From: Planctomycetota bacterium
Lineage (GTDB): Bacteria > Planctomycetota > Phycisphaerae > SM23-33
Direction: 5' to 3'
NCBI GenBank assembly: GCA_034189755.1
Contig: JAXIHJ010000013.1
Coordinates: 1-48,097 of the forward strand
DNA: 48,097 nucleotides
The position numbers and the translations under genes were made by a program. The notes under the pieces were generated by a model. It searched no databases and had not been told where the DNA came from. It saw only the letters and a list, made by a program, of their open reading frames with translations. Shown here one piece after another: positions 1 to 9,642 of this stretch. Within the stretch, counting starts at the first letter, position 1; the number at the start of each line of letters is the position of its first letter.

Positions 1-412
1 TGACCTCTACGGTTGCACCGGCTTCTTCCAGCACCTTTTTGGCTTCTTCGGCTTCTTCCTTCGATGCGCCTTCCTTGACAGGTTTAGGCACGCCTTCGAC
101 CAGGTCCTTGGCTTCTTTCAAGCCGAGGTTGGTTAGCGTTCGGACGGCTTTGATGACCTGGATTTTCTTGTCGCCAATGTCCTTGAGGATGACATCGAAG
201 GCGGTTTGCTCTTCTGCCTCGGCGGCATCGGCGGCGCCCGGCGCAGCCATCATGACAGCACCGCCGGCAGCCGGCTCGATACCATGCTCGGCCTTGAGAT
301 AGTCCGCCAGGTCCACAGCCTCCTTGAGCGTCAGCGATACGATCTTGTCGCCCAAAGTCTTGATTTCCTTGGAGAACCCCTTGGTTTCCACAACGGCTTC
401 TTCTTCCGACAT
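1..412 (-). CDS. rplL: 50S ribosomal protein L7/L12 (3' end cut by window edge)
   Basis: Not in the ORF track because the stop lies outside the window. My reverse-strand translation from the ATG at 412-410 reads [37 protein letters not shown]... and ends ...[25 protein letters not shown] at position 1, a typical L7/L12 C-terminus. It lies directly downstream of rplJ. Confidence 0.9.
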   Translation of the reverse strand, partial: MSEEEAVVETKGFSKEIKTLGDKIVSLTLKEAVDLADYLKAEHGIEPAAGGAVMMAAPGAADAAEAEEQTAFDVILKDIGDKKIQVIKAVRTLTNLGLKEAKDLVEGVPKPVKEGASKEEAEEAKKVLEEAGATVEV

Positions 413-557
413 TTTATGTACTCCACTTCTGCATCAGAGGTTTGCCGGCCTGATAGGCGAATACCCCGCTGGTATCCATTTAAGCCCTTAGGCCCAATCC
501 GCAGCCGGCTCGATTTTTACTTTTGTAACACCCAAATTGATGGACTTTGACGGCAAC

Positions 558-584
558 ATCCCGCTCGCTTCCGCTCGCGGCTAG
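558..584. repeat. Mosaic palindromic intergenic repeat, short copy A (modules a+c)
   Basis: ATCCCGCTCGCTTCCGCTCGCGGCTAG in the rplJ-rplL spacer. The same module pair recurs at 16727-16751 and 24101-24126. Related modules occur at 9691-9739 and 47087-47135. Confidence 0.7.
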
Positions 585-601
585 CTTTTTATTGTTTTCC
601 G

Positions 602-1147
602 TTACAAAGCACCGGAACTTTCGCTTTGTTTTTCCTCGATTGCCTTGAGCAGTGAAGCAATCTTCCCGCCGGGGGTGATTATGCAGGCAGCGAGTTTACT
701 GCCGGCGCTCAACGCACATGAAACCAACTGGCTCAGCGATTCCTGATGCGTGGGAAACTTACTCAGCCGGTCAATCTGCTCCGGGCCGAATTTCTCGCCT
801 TCCAGCAGCGCCGCCTTGACGGTCAGGGTTGGGACATCTTTGCCGATGTCCAGCAGTTCCCGGACGATGGTAACCACCTCGACCTGATCCGGGCCGACAC
901 CGTAGGCCAAAGCGCACGGCCCGTCCAGAAGGTCCGCAGCGGCGGGCAGGCCCATATCATTGAAGGTCTGCCGGGCCAACGAGTTCTTGACCACCGTTAT
1001 GCGGATGTTCTTCTCGAGGAGGCGCCCGCGAATGTTATTGTTCATAACGGCGCTGACGCCAGTCAAGCCTACAACCGCCAGAGACGTCACGCCCTCAAAC
1101 CGACGAGCCAGTTCTTTTCTGACAAGTTCCTTGACCTGTTTACTCAT
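602..1147 (-). CDS. rplJ: 50S ribosomal protein L10
   Basis: 181-aa ORF MSKQVKELVRKELARRFEGVTSLAVVGLTGVSAVMNNNIRGRLLEKNIRITVVKNSLARQ, typical of L10. Position between rplA and rplL matches the conserved operon. Confidence 0.93.
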   Translation of the reverse strand: MSKQVKELVRKELARRFEGVTSLAVVGLTGVSAVMNNNIRGRLLEKNIRITVVKNSLARQTFNDMGLPAAADLLDGPCALAYGVGPDQVEVVTIVRELLDIGKDVPTLTVKAALLEGEKFGPEQIDRLSKFPTHQESLSQLVSCALSAGSKLAACIITPGGKIASLLKAIEEKQSESSGAL

Positions 1148-1163
1148 GCAACACCTTCCATCT

Positions 1164-1847
1164 TCATGCTACGTCAACTTGAACCGCCGGAGACATCGTC
1201 GCCGAGAGGCTGACTTTTTTGATATACGTTCCCTTCGCCGTCGCAGGCCTTAAACGCTTTATATGAGCGATAAACGCCTCGGCGTTTTCGACCAGGTGAG
1301 TGTTGTCGAAGCTGACTTTGCCCACCACCACGTGCATATTGCCGCCGTCGTCATTACGATACTCGACCTTCCCGGCGGCGAAGTCCTTGACCGCGGCGGA
1401 AATATCGTCAACAACCGTGTCGGCCTTGGGAGACGGCATCTTGCCTTGCGGGCCGAGAATACGGCCCAAGCGAGAGACATTCTTCATCATAGCCGTCGTG
1501 GAAATCGCCACGTCGAAGTCCATCCAGCCGTCCTGGATTTTCTTAATCAGCTCATCCGAGCCGGCCTCTATCGCTCCGGCGGCCTTGGCCTTGGCTACGT
1601 CATCGCCTTCACAGAAGGCAATTACCTTTCGAGTGGCGCCTATCCCGTGAGGCAACGAGATCGAACCGCGAATCGCCTGGTCGGCTTGTTTGGGATCAAT
1701 ACCCAAATGCATCACCAGCTCAACCGATTCATCGAACTTGGTAGAGGCAAAACCCTTGACGGCCGCCATGGCCTCGGCCAGCGGAACCCTCTCCGCCGGC
1801 ACCTTGGCCTGACAGTCCTTGTAGCGCTTGCTGATCTTCTTGCCCAT
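1164..1847 (-). CDS. rplA: 50S ribosomal protein L1
   Basis: 227-aa ORF MGKKISKRYKDCQAKVPAERVPLAEAMAAVKGFASTKFDESVELVMHLGIDPKQADQAIRGSISLPHG, typical of L1. Conserved rplK-rplA order. Confidence 0.95.
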   Translation of the reverse strand: MGKKISKRYKDCQAKVPAERVPLAEAMAAVKGFASTKFDESVELVMHLGIDPKQADQAIRGSISLPHGIGATRKVIAFCEGDDVAKAKAAGAIEAGSDELIKKIQDGWMDFDVAISTTAMMKNVSRLGRILGPQGKMPSPKADTVVDDISAAVKDFAAGKVEYRNDDGGNMHVVVGKVSFDNTHLVENAEAFIAHIKRLRPATAKGTYIKKVSLSATMSPAVQVDVA

Positions 1848-1917
1848 TCGGCGATCCCTAACGTCCTTTCAGGACTCCCACAAACCATGCCCGTGGTCAG
1901 GCATATACAATTGACAA

Positions 1918-2343
1918 TTATTTTTCGACGGTTATTCCCATGCTGCGGGCTGTGCCCGCGACAATGGCGCACGCGGTGTCCAAATCGAAGGCGCTCAAAT
2001 CCTCTATCTTCCGCTCGGCGATCCGGCGAACCTGTTCAGCCGTCACCGAGCCGACCTTTTCCTTGTTGGGCACACCGGAACCCTTGGCAACCTGTGCCGC
2101 CTCCTTCAACAACGCCGCAGCCGGAGGGCTTTTGACAATAAACGTAAAGCTCCGGTCGGCGTAGACAGAGATATCCACCGTAACGGGCATTCCGTTGTGT
2201 TCGCGGGTCCGCTCGTTGAACTGCGAGACGAACTGTCCGATGTTCACATTGTGCTGGCCCAGGGCCGGCCCGATAGGCGGAGCGGGGGTTGCCTGCCCGC
2301 TAGGCGCCTGCAACTTGATCTTTGCCACTACTTCCTTCGCCAT
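1918..2343 (-). CDS. rplK: 50S ribosomal protein L11
   Basis: 141-aa [49 protein letters not shown], the L11 N-terminal signature. Confidence 0.95.
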   Translation of the reverse strand: MAKEVVAKIKLQAPSGQATPAPPIGPALGQHNVNIGQFVSQFNERTREHNGMPVTVDISVYADRSFTFIVKSPPAAALLKEAAQVAKGSGVPNKEKVGSVTAEQVRRIAERKIEDLSAFDLDTACAIVAGTARSMGITVEK

Positions 2344-2408
2344 TACCTTCTTCCGTTACTCGTTTTTACACTAACTCATTGACCTGCGAGTTCCCGAACT
2401 CGCGCCGG

Positions 2409-2972
2409 CTAAGCCTTCTCTACCTGCCAGTATTCCAGCTCGACTGGCGTAGCCCGGCCGAAAATGGTTACTATCACCCGGATCAGCCCCTTATCGGGCA
2501 GGACCTCATCGACGATACCCTCGAAGTTTTCAAACGCGCCTTCCTTGATCTTGACCTGATCGTCTTTAGCGAAATCTACGCTCAGCGGCGCGCCTTCTTC
2601 GGCCTTTTCGACCTGCATGAGCATCTTGTCCACGTCGCCCTGCTGCATCAAGGTCGGCTTGCCGGGTGCGCCTATGAAGTCGCCAACGCCGGTCGTCTCG
2701 CGGATCAGGAACCATGCCTTCTCGCCTATGGAGCCGTCTTCTTCCAGCTCCATCTCGATAAAGACATAGCCTGGATACATCTTTCGTTCGACGTACTTCT
2801 TTCCGCCGCTCCGCCCGCGCGGACTTGGCCGGCGCTCCGTCGGGACAAGGATACGACCAATCTTGTCCTCCAGGGCTTCGATCTTCACCTTGCGTACCAA
2901 GGCGTCGCGCACCGACTCTTCCTTGTTCGAAGCAACCCGCAAGACGTACCAGTGCTTGGCCATTTCGCCCAT
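2409..2972 (-). CDS. nusG: Transcription termination/antitermination factor NusG
   Basis: The ORF contains ...MAKHWYVLRVASNKEESVRDAL... (NGN domain) and a C-terminal KOW-like FAKDDQVKIKEGAFENFEGIVDEV. The ORF-track start at 3023 would overlap secE, so I prefer the ATG at 2972 (MGEMAKHWY) or 2963 (MAKHWY). Confidence 0.9.
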   Translation of the reverse strand: MGEMAKHWYVLRVASNKEESVRDALVRKVKIEALEDKIGRILVPTERRPSPRGRSGGKKYVERKMYPGYVFIEMELEEDGSIGEKAWFLIRETTGVGDFIGAPGKPTLMQQGDVDKMLMQVEKAEEGAPLSVDFAKDDQVKIKEGAFENFEGIVDEVLPDKGLIRVIVTIFGRATPVELEYWQVEKA

Positions 2973-2991
2973 ACTAAGACTCACTTTCAGC

Positions 2992-3390
2992 CTAGCTGCC
3001 ACCCATGATGCCGAGCTTGCCAAACAGCCACGTGAACATCATGTCCACACCGAACAGAATGCTTGCCAGGATGAACGTGGTTATAATCACGACCTTGGTC
3101 GATCCGCTGATTTCCTTCCTGCTGGACCAGGAGACCTTCTTCATCTCTCCTTCGGTGGCGATAAGAAAGTCGGCGGACTTCGGCCGGTTGACCATCCAGA
3201 ACATAAAAATTCCCAGGCCGATCAGCACCAACAGCGGCAGGCCGAAACGCATCACCGTCACCTGGGTCGATACGTAGGCGCCCAGTTTTTCGCTCAGCGC
3301 ATACGCGCCAATAACGCCAATCAGCATCACGCCGATAAAAGTGGCGATCCGTGTGTATTTGCCTTGCCCTCGTTTATAAATCCCGAGCAT
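2992..3390 (-). CDS. secE: Preprotein translocase subunit SecE (long, about 3-TM form)
   Basis: 132-aa hydrophobic ORF between tRNA-Trp and nusG, the conserved secE position. C-terminal part ADFLIATEGEMKKVSWSSRKEISGSTKVVIITTFILASILFGVD matches the SecE core helix region. Confidence 0.85.
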   Translation of the reverse strand: MLGIYKRGQGKYTRIATFIGVMLIGVIGAYALSEKLGAYVSTQVTVMRFGLPLLVLIGLGIFMFWMVNRPKSADFLIATEGEMKKVSWSSRKEISGSTKVVIITTFILASILFGVDMMFTWLFGKLGIMGGS

Positions 3391-3590
3391 TGTCCCATCG
3401 TCCGCGCTGTTGTAATGTTTTGTATGCTCTCACGTTATACCTTGTAAGCATCGGCTTCAGTGCCGTTACGGTCAGCCGCATGTCGCTTTCGGCCTGATTG
3501 AGTCTTTTCGGCTTCCCGGCCTCGCGAGGCAACCCGACTCCGACCGGCCGGGCCTGTTACCGAACCTTTATTGTTTGGTACTCCCTATCA

Positions 3591-3666
<76 letters not shown>

Positions 3667-3780
3667 TGAGGCACAGGCCTGAAATCAGGACGGAACCTCC
3701 GCCCACAAACCCGCCTGCCTACAGCAAGTGAACAGGCCGCTGTCAGCGGGCTGTTGGTTAGGTCCGTTGAACTCAGCGGT

Positions 3781-3948
3781 CTATCTCCTCTTTATCTTGT
3801 GGTCCGTGTGCTTTCGGCTTTGGGGGCAGTACCTTTTCAGCGTCAGTTTCGGCACGCCGCCCTGCGTGCGGACCTGTGTACGGTAGTTAAGGTTTCCGCA
3901 CTCCGAGCATTGAAGCCACACGTATTCTCGAGCCTTCGCCTTCGCCAT
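3781..3948 (-). CDS. rpmG: 50S ribosomal protein L33
   Basis: Too short (55 aa) for the ORF track. My translation is MAKAKAREYVWLQCSECGNLNYRTQVRTQGGVPKLTLKRYCPQSRKHTDHKIKRR with stop TAG at 3783-3781. This fits the L33 pattern (CxxC...YC..-KH-HKE/I-K), and the gene starts 7 nt after the tuf stop. Confidence 0.85.
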   Translation of the reverse strand: MAKAKAREYVWLQCSECGNLNYRTQVRTQGGVPKLTLKRYCPQSRKHTDHKIKRR

Positions 3949-3954
3949 GAACGA

Positions 3955-5163
3955 CTACTCCAAAATCTTCGTCACAACGCCGGCGCCGACTGTCCTGCCG
4001 CCCTCTCGAATCGCAAATCGCAGGCTCTCTTCCATGGCGATGGCCGTGTTAAGTAAATCAACTTCTATAGTTACATTGTCGCCTGGCATGCACATCTCGG
4101 CGCCGCCGAGCAGTTTGATCGTGCCGGTAACGTCGGTCGTGCGGAAGTAGAACTGAGGCCGATAACCGGTAAAGAACGGGCTGTGGCGGCCGCCCTCTTC
4201 TTTCGTCAACACGTACACCTCGCCCTCGAACTTGTGGTGCGGGGTTATACTGCCGGGTGCAGCCAGTACCTGGCCTCGCTCCAGGTCGTCCTTTTCGATT
4301 CCGCGAAGCAGGCAGCCCACGTTGTCGCCGGCCTGGCCGTCTTCCATCGTCTTGTTGAACATCTCAACGCCCGTAATGGTCGTCTCGCGGGTCTCGCCCA
4401 AGCCGACAACTTGAATCTTGTCGCCGATCTTGACCTTGCCACGCTCGATTCGGCCCGTGCCAACAGTGCCGCGGCCCTTAATCGAGAAGACGTCCTCGAC
4501 CGGCATCAGGAACGGCTTATCCACTTCGCGCACCGGCTCAGGGATGTAATCATCCAGCGCCTGGATCAAGTCCATAATCGGCTTGGCCGCTGCTTCGTCT
4601 TCCGGGTTTTCCAGCGCCTTGGTGGCCGAGCCTTTAATCACCGGCACGTTGTCGCCGTCGAACTCATACTTGCTCAGCAGCTCGCGGACTTCCAGCTCGA
4701 CCAGCTCAAGCAACTCCGGATCGTCCACGAGGTCCACCTTGTTCAGGAAGACCACCAATTGCGGCACGTTGACCTGACGGGCCAGAAGCACGTGTTCACG
4801 TGTCTGCGGCATCGGGCCGTCGGCCGCCGAGACCACCAGGATCGACCCGTCCATTTGGGCGGCGCCGGTGATCATATTCTTGACGTAGTCGGCATGGCCC
4901 GGACAGTCCACGTGGGCGTAGTGGCGACTGGTCGATTCGTACTCCACGTGGGCGGTGGCAATGGTCAGAATCTTTGTCGCGTCGCGCCGGCCTTGCGACT
5001 CCGAAGCCTTGGCGATCTCGTCGTAGCTCTTGTACTTCGAGAGACCCTGCTTCTCCAGCACCAACGTCATTGCCGCGGTCAGCGTTGTCTTGCCATGGTC
5101 AACGTGCCCAATCGTCCCAACGTTGATGTGCGGCTTCGTCCTCTGAAATACGTCCTTGGCCAT
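3955..5163 (-). CDS. tuf: Elongation factor Tu
   Basis: 402-aa [34 protein letters not shown]...[21 protein letters not shown]...NKVDLV, showing the G1/G3/G4 motifs of EF-Tu. Confidence 0.98.
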   Translation of the reverse strand: MAKDVFQRTKPHINVGTIGHVDHGKTTLTAAMTLVLEKQGLSKYKSYDEIAKASESQGRRDATKILTIATAHVEYESTSRHYAHVDCPGHADYVKNMITGAAQMDGSILVVSAADGPMPQTREHVLLARQVNVPQLVVFLNKVDLVDDPELLELVELEVRELLSKYEFDGDNVPVIKGSATKALENPEDEAAAKPIMDLIQALDDYIPEPVREVDKPFLMPVEDVFSIKGRGTVGTGRIERGKVKIGDKIQVVGLGETRETTITGVEMFNKTMEDGQAGDNVGCLLRGIEKDDLERGQVLAAPGSITPHHKFEGEVYVLTKEEGGRHSPFFTGYRPQFYFRTTDVTGTIKLLGGAEMCMPGDNVTIEVDLLNTAIAMEESLRFAIREGGRTVGAGVVTKILE

Positions 5164-5389
5164 TACTTGTGCTCCTCTTGACTAGGTATTCTTCTTGTGA
5201 TCTGCGACCTTGTCGGAAAAACGCTCAGCTTCTTTTACAAACAACTACAAACAATGCCTCCGGCGTTCTCATTACGAGAGCCTGGAACCGCCGCTTTCCA
5301 GCCCGCAGATCCCAGGCGAACATGATCTGCCTACACAAATTCTCACAAATTCCCATACAGCCCTTTACACCCCACAACCTTCGGGACAA

Positions 5390-5461
<72 letters not shown>

Positions 5462-5549
5462 ATCGTTCCGCGCGTCCGGCGCACGGACACACCGCATTCT
5501 GCGCTTGGTTATGGGCACACTACCACCACCGCCGCAAAGTAAACCTCAT

Positions 5550-5577
5550 AATATACATCAGTTAAAAAACGTGTCAA
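5550..5577 (-). promoter_or_regulatory. Sigma70-type promoter for the tRNA-Thr/tuf transcription unit
   Basis: Reverse strand reads TTGACA (5577-5572), a 16-nt spacer, then TATATT (5555-5550). An A/T-rich UP-like tract AAAATTTTTCTAAAAAAATCC lies upstream, in an otherwise GC-rich genome. The site is about 90 nt upstream of the tRNA-Thr 5' end. Confidence 0.5.
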
Positions 5578-5625
5578 ATGGATTTTTTTAGAAAAATTTT
5601 CCCCTGACCGGCCTGTGCAGGTCAA

Positions 5626-7467
5626 TTATTCCACCGTGACACTTTTGGCGAGGTTTCGGGGCTTGTCCACGTTGCAGCCGCGGGCGACGGCAGCGTGATA
5701 GGCCAACAGTTGCAGGGGAACCACCGTCAGAATTGGCTGGAGTGGTGCGGGGCAGTCCGGCACATAGATGACATGGTCGGCATGCTTGCCGATTTGATCG
5801 TCGCCCTCGGTGGCTATGGCAACGACACGGCCCTTGCGGGCGCGGACTTCTTCGATGTTGCCTATGATCTTATCATACGTGCCGCACCGTGGCGCGACAA
5901 ACACAACGGGCATGTGTTCATGGATCAAGGCGATAGGTCCGTGTTTCATCTCGGCGGCAGGCAGGCCTTCGGCGTGAATGTAACTGATTTCCTTCAGCTT
6001 CAACGCCCCCTCAAGGGCGACGGGATAATTATAGCCTCGACCCAGGAACAACCAGTTATTGAAACCGATGCACTCATCTACGATTTTTTTGACTTCGCCG
6101 GATTGCTCCAGGATGCGAGCGATCTTGTCCGGAATCTCCACCAGGGCATCAAGGTACATCTCCATGCTCGATTGCGGCATAAATCTGCGCCGGCCCAGCA
6201 TCAGCGCCATCAAAGTCTGGACTACGAGTTGGGCGGTGAACGCCTTGGTCGAGGCGACGCCGATTTCCGGCCCGGCGTGGAGGTAAACGCCGGCGTCGGT
6301 CTCACGTGCAATCGTCGAGCCGACAACGTTAACGATGCCCATCGCCAGGGCGCCTTTTTCTTTTGCCTCCCGCAGGGCCGCCAGCGTGTCGGCCGTCTCG
6401 CCCGACTGGCTGATCGCAATGACAACGGTGCGATCCTCAATAATCGGGTTCCGATAGCGGAACTCGCTTGCATACTCGACTTCCGTGGGGATGCGGGCCA
6501 GGTCTTCAAAAAGGAACTCGCCCACCAGCCCCGCGTGCCAGGCCGTGCCGCACGCGGTTAGAAAAATCTTTCGCGTCTTGACCAGCTCTCGCGCCACGTC
6601 GCTCAACCCGCCAAGCTTGATGCGCGATTCGGTCAGGTCCAGCCGCCCGCTGAGGCAGGTTCGAATCGAGACCGGCTGCTCCATGATCTCCTTGAGCATA
6701 AAATGCTCGTAACCGCCCTTGGCAATCTGCTTCAGCGACAATTCCACCTGCTGGACCTCTTTGGTAACGGGCACGTTGTCCACGGTTACTGTCCGCATGT
6801 CGTCGCGGGTTAGAACGGCCATTTCGTTGTCGTTGAGATAGACCACGTTGGTGGTATGTTCGATGATGGCCGATGCATCGGAGGCCACGACGTACTCGTC
6901 GGTGCCTACGCCGATGATGAGCGGGCTGCCCCTGCGGGCTGCAACGAGCTTGTCCGGCTCGTCGCGGCATATGACCGTGATGCCGTACGTGCCCGTAACC
7001 TCATGAAGCGCAGCCTGCACGGCGGCTTCCAGCGATCCGGCGCCGCTGGAATAGAACTCGCCCACCAGATTCGCAAGCACCTCGGTGTCGGTCTCGCTCT
7101 TGAAGGTATGGCCTTTGCCCTCCAAGAACTGCTTGAGCGTGGTGTAGTTTTCAATGATGCCGTTGTGCACCAGCGCGATGCGCCCGCTGTCGTCATAATG
7201 TGGATGTGCGTTGGCTTCGTTCGGCGCGCCGTGGGTGGCCCAGCGAGTGTGGGCGATGCCGACGGTCCCGGCCTGGATGCCTGCGTCGGCGTTCGCCAGC
7301 TCTTCCATAACTGCGACGCGCCCTGGCGTCTTTGCCAGGTGCAGCGCGCCGTTACCACAGACACAAACGCCGGCCGAGTCATACCCGCGATATTCCAGGC
7401 GTTTAAGCCCCTCAATCAGGACGCCGCAGGCCTTCTTGCTTCCGATATATCCGACAATTCCGCACAT
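5626..7467 (-). CDS. glmS: Glutamine--fructose-6-phosphate aminotransferase (isomerizing)
   Basis: 613-aa ORF starting MCGIVGYIG (N-terminal nucleophile Cys2). It has two SIS domains and ends ...DKPRNLAKSVTVE, the conserved GlmS C-terminus. Confidence 0.97.
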   Translation of the reverse strand: MCGIVGYIGSKKACGVLIEGLKRLEYRGYDSAGVCVCGNGALHLAKTPGRVAVMEELANADAGIQAGTVGIAHTRWATHGAPNEANAHPHYDDSGRIALVHNGIIENYTTLKQFLEGKGHTFKSETDTEVLANLVGEFYSSGAGSLEAAVQAALHEVTGTYGITVICRDEPDKLVAARRGSPLIIGVGTDEYVVASDASAIIEHTTNVVYLNDNEMAVLTRDDMRTVTVDNVPVTKEVQQVELSLKQIAKGGYEHFMLKEIMEQPVSIRTCLSGRLDLTESRIKLGGLSDVARELVKTRKIFLTACGTAWHAGLVGEFLFEDLARIPTEVEYASEFRYRNPIIEDRTVVIAISQSGETADTLAALREAKEKGALAMGIVNVVGSTIARETDAGVYLHAGPEIGVASTKAFTAQLVVQTLMALMLGRRRFMPQSSMEMYLDALVEIPDKIARILEQSGEVKKIVDECIGFNNWLFLGRGYNYPVALEGALKLKEISYIHAEGLPAAEMKHGPIALIHEHMPVVFVAPRCGTYDKIIGNIEEVRARKGRVVAIATEGDDQIGKHADHVIYVPDCPAPLQPILTVVPLQLLAYHAAVARGCNVDKPRNLAKSVTVE

Positions 7468-7635
7468 AGATTGGTTCCGGCTACAGCAGGCTTGGCTACC
7501 GTAGCATCATCGGCTGTTTTTTACGACCACTTTGAGCGGTTATTATATCTGAAGCATTCGATCAACCGCACTGATTTGTACCGCACCTTCCTTTACTGCA
7601 TACAGAGCGCCTCTTGACAGTATAATGGGTTATTC

Positions 7636-8979
7636 ATGGACCTCTTCAAGGAATCCGAAGACGCCGCCATTGGCGCCAACGCCCCGCTGGCTGTGCGTAT
7701 CAGGCCGACGACAATCAACGAGATGCTCGGCCAGGAGCACTTTCTGGCGCCCGGCAAGATGCTGCGTCGGATGCTGGAGGCCGACACCCTGTCGAGCCTG
7801 GTCTTCACCGGCCCGCCGGGCAGCGGCAAGACGACACTGGCGCACGTCATAGCCCGGCACTGCTCGGCCAGGTTTTACATGCTCAACGGCGCATCGGTGT
7901 CAGTCAAAGACGTTCGGGAAATAATCGACCTGGCCCGCGGCCTGCTGGCCAGCAGCGGCAAGCGGACCGTCCTGTTCATAGACGAGCTGCACCGCTTCAA
8001 CCGCGCCCAGCAGGACGTGCTGTTAAATGACGTGGAGAATGGTACTATCATACTTGTCGGCGCGACGACGGAGAATCCGTTCTTCACCATCAACTCGCCG
8101 CTGCTGAGCCGCTCGACGATTTTTCGGTTCGAGCCGCTCGGCGAGGCCGACATCATCACACTGCTTCGCCGGGCGATGGCCGACACGCAGAACGGGCTGG
8201 GTGCGATTAACATCGATGCCGACGATGAGGCGCTGGAGCACCTGGCGAAAATTTCCGACGGCGACGCACGCAGGGCGCTGACCGCACTGGAAATCGGCGT
8301 TCGAAGCCAAACCAAGGCCGCAGGCGATGCTAAGGACGCGCCTGTACGCTTCGACCTGGCCGTCGCGCAGGAGTCCATCCAGCAAAAGGCAATCCAGTAC
8401 GACGCAGCCGGCGACATGCACTACGACGCAGCCAGCGCATTTATCAAGTCGATGCGAGGCAGCGATCCCGACGCCACGGTGTACTGGCTGGCGAGGATGC
8501 TGGCCGCAGGCGAAGACCCACGCTTCATCGCCCGGCGGATTGCGATATTGGCCAGCGAAGACGTCGGCAACGCCGACCCGCGAGCAATCTCCGTAGCCGC
8601 CGCTGCGTTCGACATCACCGAGAAAATCGGCATGCCCGAATGTCGGATCACGCTTGCCCAGGCGGCTATCTACATGGCCTGCGCGCCGAAGTCGAACGCC
8701 TCTTACAGCGCCATCGGCGACGCCATGAACGACGTCGAAAACAACCGCACCATCCCCGTGCCGAAACACCTCCGCAACGCGCCGCATCCCTGTATGAAAG
8801 AACAGTTCGGCTATTCCAAGGGATACCAGTACAGCCACAACCATCCTGGCGGCGTCAGCCCGGACCAGGACTACCTCGGCGTGGACAAGACGTATTACAG
8901 CCCCACCGACCGCGGCTACGAAAAACACATCGCCGCATACCTTCAGTGGGCGAAGAAGCTGCGGGAAAGTGGAAAGTAG
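7636..8979 (+). CDS. rarA: Replication-associated recombination protein A (AAA+ ATPase)
   Basis: 447-aa ORF with Walker A GPPGSGKTTLA, Walker B LFIDELHRFN and the MgsA/RarA C-terminal region YDAASAFIKSMRGSDPDATVYWLARML...HLRNAP. Confidence 0.92.
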   Translation: MDLFKESEDAAIGANAPLAVRIRPTTINEMLGQEHFLAPGKMLRRMLEADTLSSLVFTGPPGSGKTTLAHVIARHCSARFYMLNGASVSVKDVREIIDLARGLLASSGKRTVLFIDELHRFNRAQQDVLLNDVENGTIILVGATTENPFFTINSPLLSRSTIFRFEPLGEADIITLLRRAMADTQNGLGAINIDADDEALEHLAKISDGDARRALTALEIGVRSQTKAAGDAKDAPVRFDLAVAQESIQQKAIQYDAAGDMHYDAASAFIKSMRGSDPDATVYWLARMLAAGEDPRFIARRIAILASEDVGNADPRAISVAAAAFDITEKIGMPECRITLAQAAIYMACAPKSNASYSAIGDAMNDVENNRTIPVPKHLRNAPHPCMKEQFGYSKGYQYSHNHPGGVSPDQDYLGVDKTYYSPTDRGYEKHIAAYLQWAKKLRESGK

Positions 8980-9041
8980 GCCGACTCAACATCCGCTATT
9001 GTTTCCCGGGTGTTGTTTGCATAGAGTATCTGCCGATTGCA

Positions 9042-9626
9042 ATGAAATGCAGCCTGCGCAAACAGATGAAGGCTACTCTCGCGTCGATGCCGGCGGCGGC
9101 GGTGGCCGCGAAGTCCGGCGCCGCCTGTAACGCACTGATGGCGCTGCCGGAATTCCGCCGGGCCGGCGTCGTAATGCTATACCTTTCCATCTGCGGCGAG
9201 GTGGACACCGCACCCATCGCCCTCGGCGCATGGCAGGCCGGCAAGACCGTGCTGGCGCCCAAGATGCTCTGGCAAAGCCGCCGCATGCTGGCTGTGGAAA
9301 TCCACTCGCTTGAAACGAACCTGGTAACGGCGGATTTCGGCCTGCGCGAGCCTGCTGAAGGTCAGCCGCGCCCGGCAAGCGAGATTGACTTTATCGTCGT
9401 GCCGGCGCTGGCCTACGACCGTAAGGGCAACCGCCTGGGCCGGGGCGGCGGCATATATGACCGGTTCCTCGCCTCGCCCGGCCTACGCGCAGTCACCTGC
9501 GGACTGGCGTTCGCAGAGCAGGTCGGCGTTGAAGTGCCCGTCTGCGACCACGACCGGCCTGTGGATTTGCTCGTCAGCGACGCCGAGGTCCTGCGGTTCA
9601 GGAACGCAGAACCAACCGATTTATAA
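9042..9626 (+). CDS. 5-formyltetrahydrofolate cyclo-ligase
   Basis: In-frame ATG at 9042 gives MKCSLRKQMKATLASM...VVMLYLSICGEVDT...FIVVPALAYDRKGNRLGRGGGIYDRFL, the MTHFS motif. The ORF-track start at 8640 would overlap rarA and is rejected. Confidence 0.85.
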   Translation: MKCSLRKQMKATLASMPAAAVAAKSGAACNALMALPEFRRAGVVMLYLSICGEVDTAPIALGAWQAGKTVLAPKMLWQSRRMLAVEIHSLETNLVTADFGLREPAEGQPRPASEIDFIVVPALAYDRKGNRLGRGGGIYDRFLASPGLRAVTCGLAFAEQVGVEVPVCDHDRPVDLLVSDAEVLRFRNAEPTDL

Positions 9627-9642
9627 AGGTTAAGAAAGAGTA

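Noticed and set aside
5164-5389. Additional tRNAs (Tyr/Gly, as in the E. coli thrU-tyrU-glyT-thrT-tufB cluster) between tRNA-Thr and tuf.
   Set aside because: No acceptor or T-arm pattern is present. The only GGTTCC-like string lacks the purine at T-loop position 57 and has no matching stems. I treat the region as the tuf 5' leader.
7468-7635. Possible glmS ribozyme in the glmS 5' leader.
   Set aside because: I could not find the conserved glmS ribozyme core or its nested pseudoknot pattern. The leader is short and A/T-rich. A cmscan would settle it.
8980-9041. 6S RNA (ssrS), which often sits directly upstream of the 5-formyl-THF cyclo-ligase gene.
   Set aside because: The rarA-MTHFS gap is only 62 nt, far too short for a ~180-nt 6S RNA.
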